The translations under genes and the position numbers were made by a program. 64,000 nt of DNA from Dipteris shenzhenensis. Taxonomy: Eukaryota. The notes under the pieces were generated by a model. The model saw only the letters and a program-made list of their open reading frames with translations, ran no database searches and had not been told where the DNA came from. Position 1 is the first letter of the stretch. Every line of letters starts with the position of its first letter. Positions 61,413 through 64,000 of the stretch are shown in pieces. The DNA lies in assembly GCA_047967505.1 (NCBI GenBank), contig CM106538.1. One strand, 5' to 3'.

Positions 61413-62265
61413 ATGTGCTTGGGGGTTTGGCACCAGAGAACAAGTTGAATGGAACCAACTACTCTTTGTGGAGTTTTATGTTCAAAAATCTGTTGGTTGC
61501 AAGGAATATGCCCCAAAAAATGAGTTTCGTCTTAAAAATATTTACCTGCCACACCACCCAAAGGTGCACAACAAGTTGTTCGACAACAAGCTGCAGGACC
61601 TCTAGCCCCCACACAAGATCAGGGGGTGGAACTCACCTAATGCTCAGGCCCTAGCCATGTATCTCTATGTCAGTCAAGAGACCCATCGTTCCTCACATCT
61701 GTTCCGTTAATGCAGGACTTCGCAACATGGACAGCAGATTCTTGAGACCATGTTTCAAGCCAAGAATGAGACAAGAGTCTCTTTTCTCAAAAAGAAGCTT
61801 GAGAGTTTGGAGATGCATGAATGTGACAACATGGCTGATCATCTTACAAAGATCCAGAATCTTTGAGAGCACCTTCTAAATATTGATGGAGTCATGTCAC
61901 CGAAGGAACTGATTCCTAGGACATTGTCATAATTGTCTGATTCCTACCTGAATGCTCACACTTCTCTTGCTTTGTCTTTGAGAGGTAATGCTCAATCCCT
62001 ATAGTTTGAGGAGTTACGAGCTTGTTGCTGTGCAAGAGGAACAAACAAGGCACAAAATATCTTCATCATTGCATAGCAATGGTCATGCAATTGTGGCCCA
62101 TGACAAGGGAAAGGGAATAAATATTGGTGCCTTTTTCAATCCAAGGCTACTTCAAAACAGCAGTCAAATAATGCAAAGGCTGATGCAGGGCAACCCAAGA
62201 AGAAAGGGAAATGCCACTACTATAAAAAGCCAAGTCACATCCCTAAGAGAGGTTGCATGAATTTT
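61413..62265 (+). pseudogene. Ty1/Copia gag remnant
   Basis: KLNGTNYSLWSFMFKNLL; LKKKLESLEMHECDNMADHL; LSDSY; KGKCHYYKKPSH decayed knuckle. Confidence 0.8.
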
Positions 62266-62274
62266 ATTTTCCGA

Positions 62275-64000
62275 TGAACACCATCACTCTCTTGTATAAG
62301 ATTTTGGCCAAAGCCATCAGTTTGTGTATGAAGCCCCTTCTTCGAGCCCTTATACATGATACACAAGCATAAGTATATTTTTGATAACATATTTCATTTT
62401 GGGAAGCTTCTCCGTGGACTATGCAGAGTGGCCAAAGACTTGCCATTCTACTCCTAGATTTTGAGAAAGCTTATGACAGAGTAGATTGGAGTTTTTTTTT
62501 TTGGAGGGTACCCTTCTACGGTTTGGATTCTCAAATACATGTTGTACAAATCAGCCCACAGCCCCAATGTTGTTCGGTGAGCTCAGACCATCCAACATTG
62601 GGGAGCTTGCTTGCACTCTCCCTACCCATCCCAAGGCAGTTTCTCCCTTGCTATATCCCCTAACTCTAGCAGGAGTGAGACTAGTATTTAGGGGGGGGGG
62701 GGGCTTAAATTAGCAATGTTAGTAGCTAGCCCGCGATTCTCTTTCCTTTTAAATCAGAATTCGACCCTTGGGAAGAAGACAAAAGGATCACTTCTCTCTT
62801 CATCAGCTTCCATAAGTTTACTATTGGCTGCAAGCTTGCCACTAAATGGCTTCTTTTTCAAACAGAGGATTGAGATTGCAGGGCGACAAGATCACTTTTG
62901 GATTTGCAGACTTAATGGGAACTTTGCTAGAGATTGCCCAAGAAAGAGAAAGGATCCCAAACAGAAATCCCACCTCTTCAAGTTGGTAAGATATTCAGTC
63001 CCTCCTCGACAGTGATGGGTTATGGTTTGTGGTGGCAAGACTTCGATAGCAAATCCAAGAGGCGCAAAGCATCCTTCTTCGGACCAAGCCTAATCGCACC
63101 CTCCCTCCCAACCTCAGCCCCTCTTCCCTTCTGCTCAACAGTACTTCCCCACAGTGGAGCTACACTTTTGTCCTTTCCCAAAATGACTAGGCCCATGGAT
63201 GCTTCCACTAGGGCGACAAGCTTAGTACTACTTCTCAATTTGTGGCTCACACACCAAGGAGGGTTCCCACTTCCAGATTCTACAGGGTAATGCTTTCATC
63301 AACAGATGCTGGAGACTTTATGGAGGTTGTTCTCTCTAGCTTCAAGGATAGAGACTCCAAAATCAGAGCCAAGCTTGGTCGAGTAGCAAATCGCCTACCA
63401 CTTGACACACACAATAGGATTTCTTTCCCTCAATGAACTCCTACCCTTGACATCTGCCAAAATATTTGCTAGACATGGATGCTTCCACCATTGGCTTCAT
63501 AGAATTATTAGCTGAAACATTGGCGGTGTTGCTGTCATTGCTTTCGAAGGCAGCTGATTCAGGGTCTTGGCAGATTTCCTCATCCAAGAGTTCCAGGAAG
63601 CCCTACTGATATTCTTTATTTCCATGGACACAAACTGATGATCCTCTTTGCAAAAAGCCACACAACTTACTCTCACATCACATTTTTTGGTCTAGTGCAA
63701 CAAGCACTAGAGGAGGGACTTTCATTTCTATTTCATCTTCTATTCTCCATCTAGTTGTTAAATATGGTATCATTGTCCCCTCCATGGCACAGTGGATTAC
63801 TCTTTGTTTGATATGCCCAAGATTAGATTTCTTAAGATAGGGAGAGTGTAATATTTATTCTCATGGACTTCAAAGGAAAAATCATGGATTCTTAGTGGAG
63901 ATTTCAACATGGTGGAGCAGCCCACACATAAGAAAGGAGAAAGCGAGGACACATTCACCTTCTTGAGAGGGACACTTGGGATTCGTTTATCTTTCACCTC
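62275..64000 (+). mobile_element. Scrambled L1 fragments (RT piece, ORF1 knuckle, endonuclease piece)
   Basis: LYKILAKAISL, LDFEKAYDRVDW, WICRLNGNFARDCPRK, GDFNMVE near 63897. Confidence 0.75.

Overview
Repeat-rich land-plant nuclear DNA; a fern or other seed-free vascular plant is my inference from the TE families and giant introns. Two host genes, both on the minus strand and both partial. (1) The first three exons of a secreted or membrane Ig/filamin-repeat protein resembling GEX2 (24512-23212), followed by an intron of more than 23 kb that runs off the left edge. (2) The last exons of PTAC10/PAP3, a plastid RNA polymerase-associated protein (59794-47280), with an 11.8 kb intron. The rest is mostly retroelements: a three-layer nest (L1 containing a non-coding LTR element containing another L1) with readable TSDs, further L1 fragments in convergent pairs, an inverted pair of degraded non-chromovirus Ty3/Gypsy copies, a solo LTR, several RTE-type LINEs with (TC)n tails, a young near-intact chromovirus inside the PTAC10 intron, and a Copia gag remnant. 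The two most unusual signals are a 20-nt-period array of short hairpins with cUNCGg loops and compensatory stem changes in the chromovirus U3, and an RTE-type LINE 3'-end motif plus (TC)n tract that also sits between ORF1 and ORF2. All assignments were made by eye and from recalled motifs; no searches were run.
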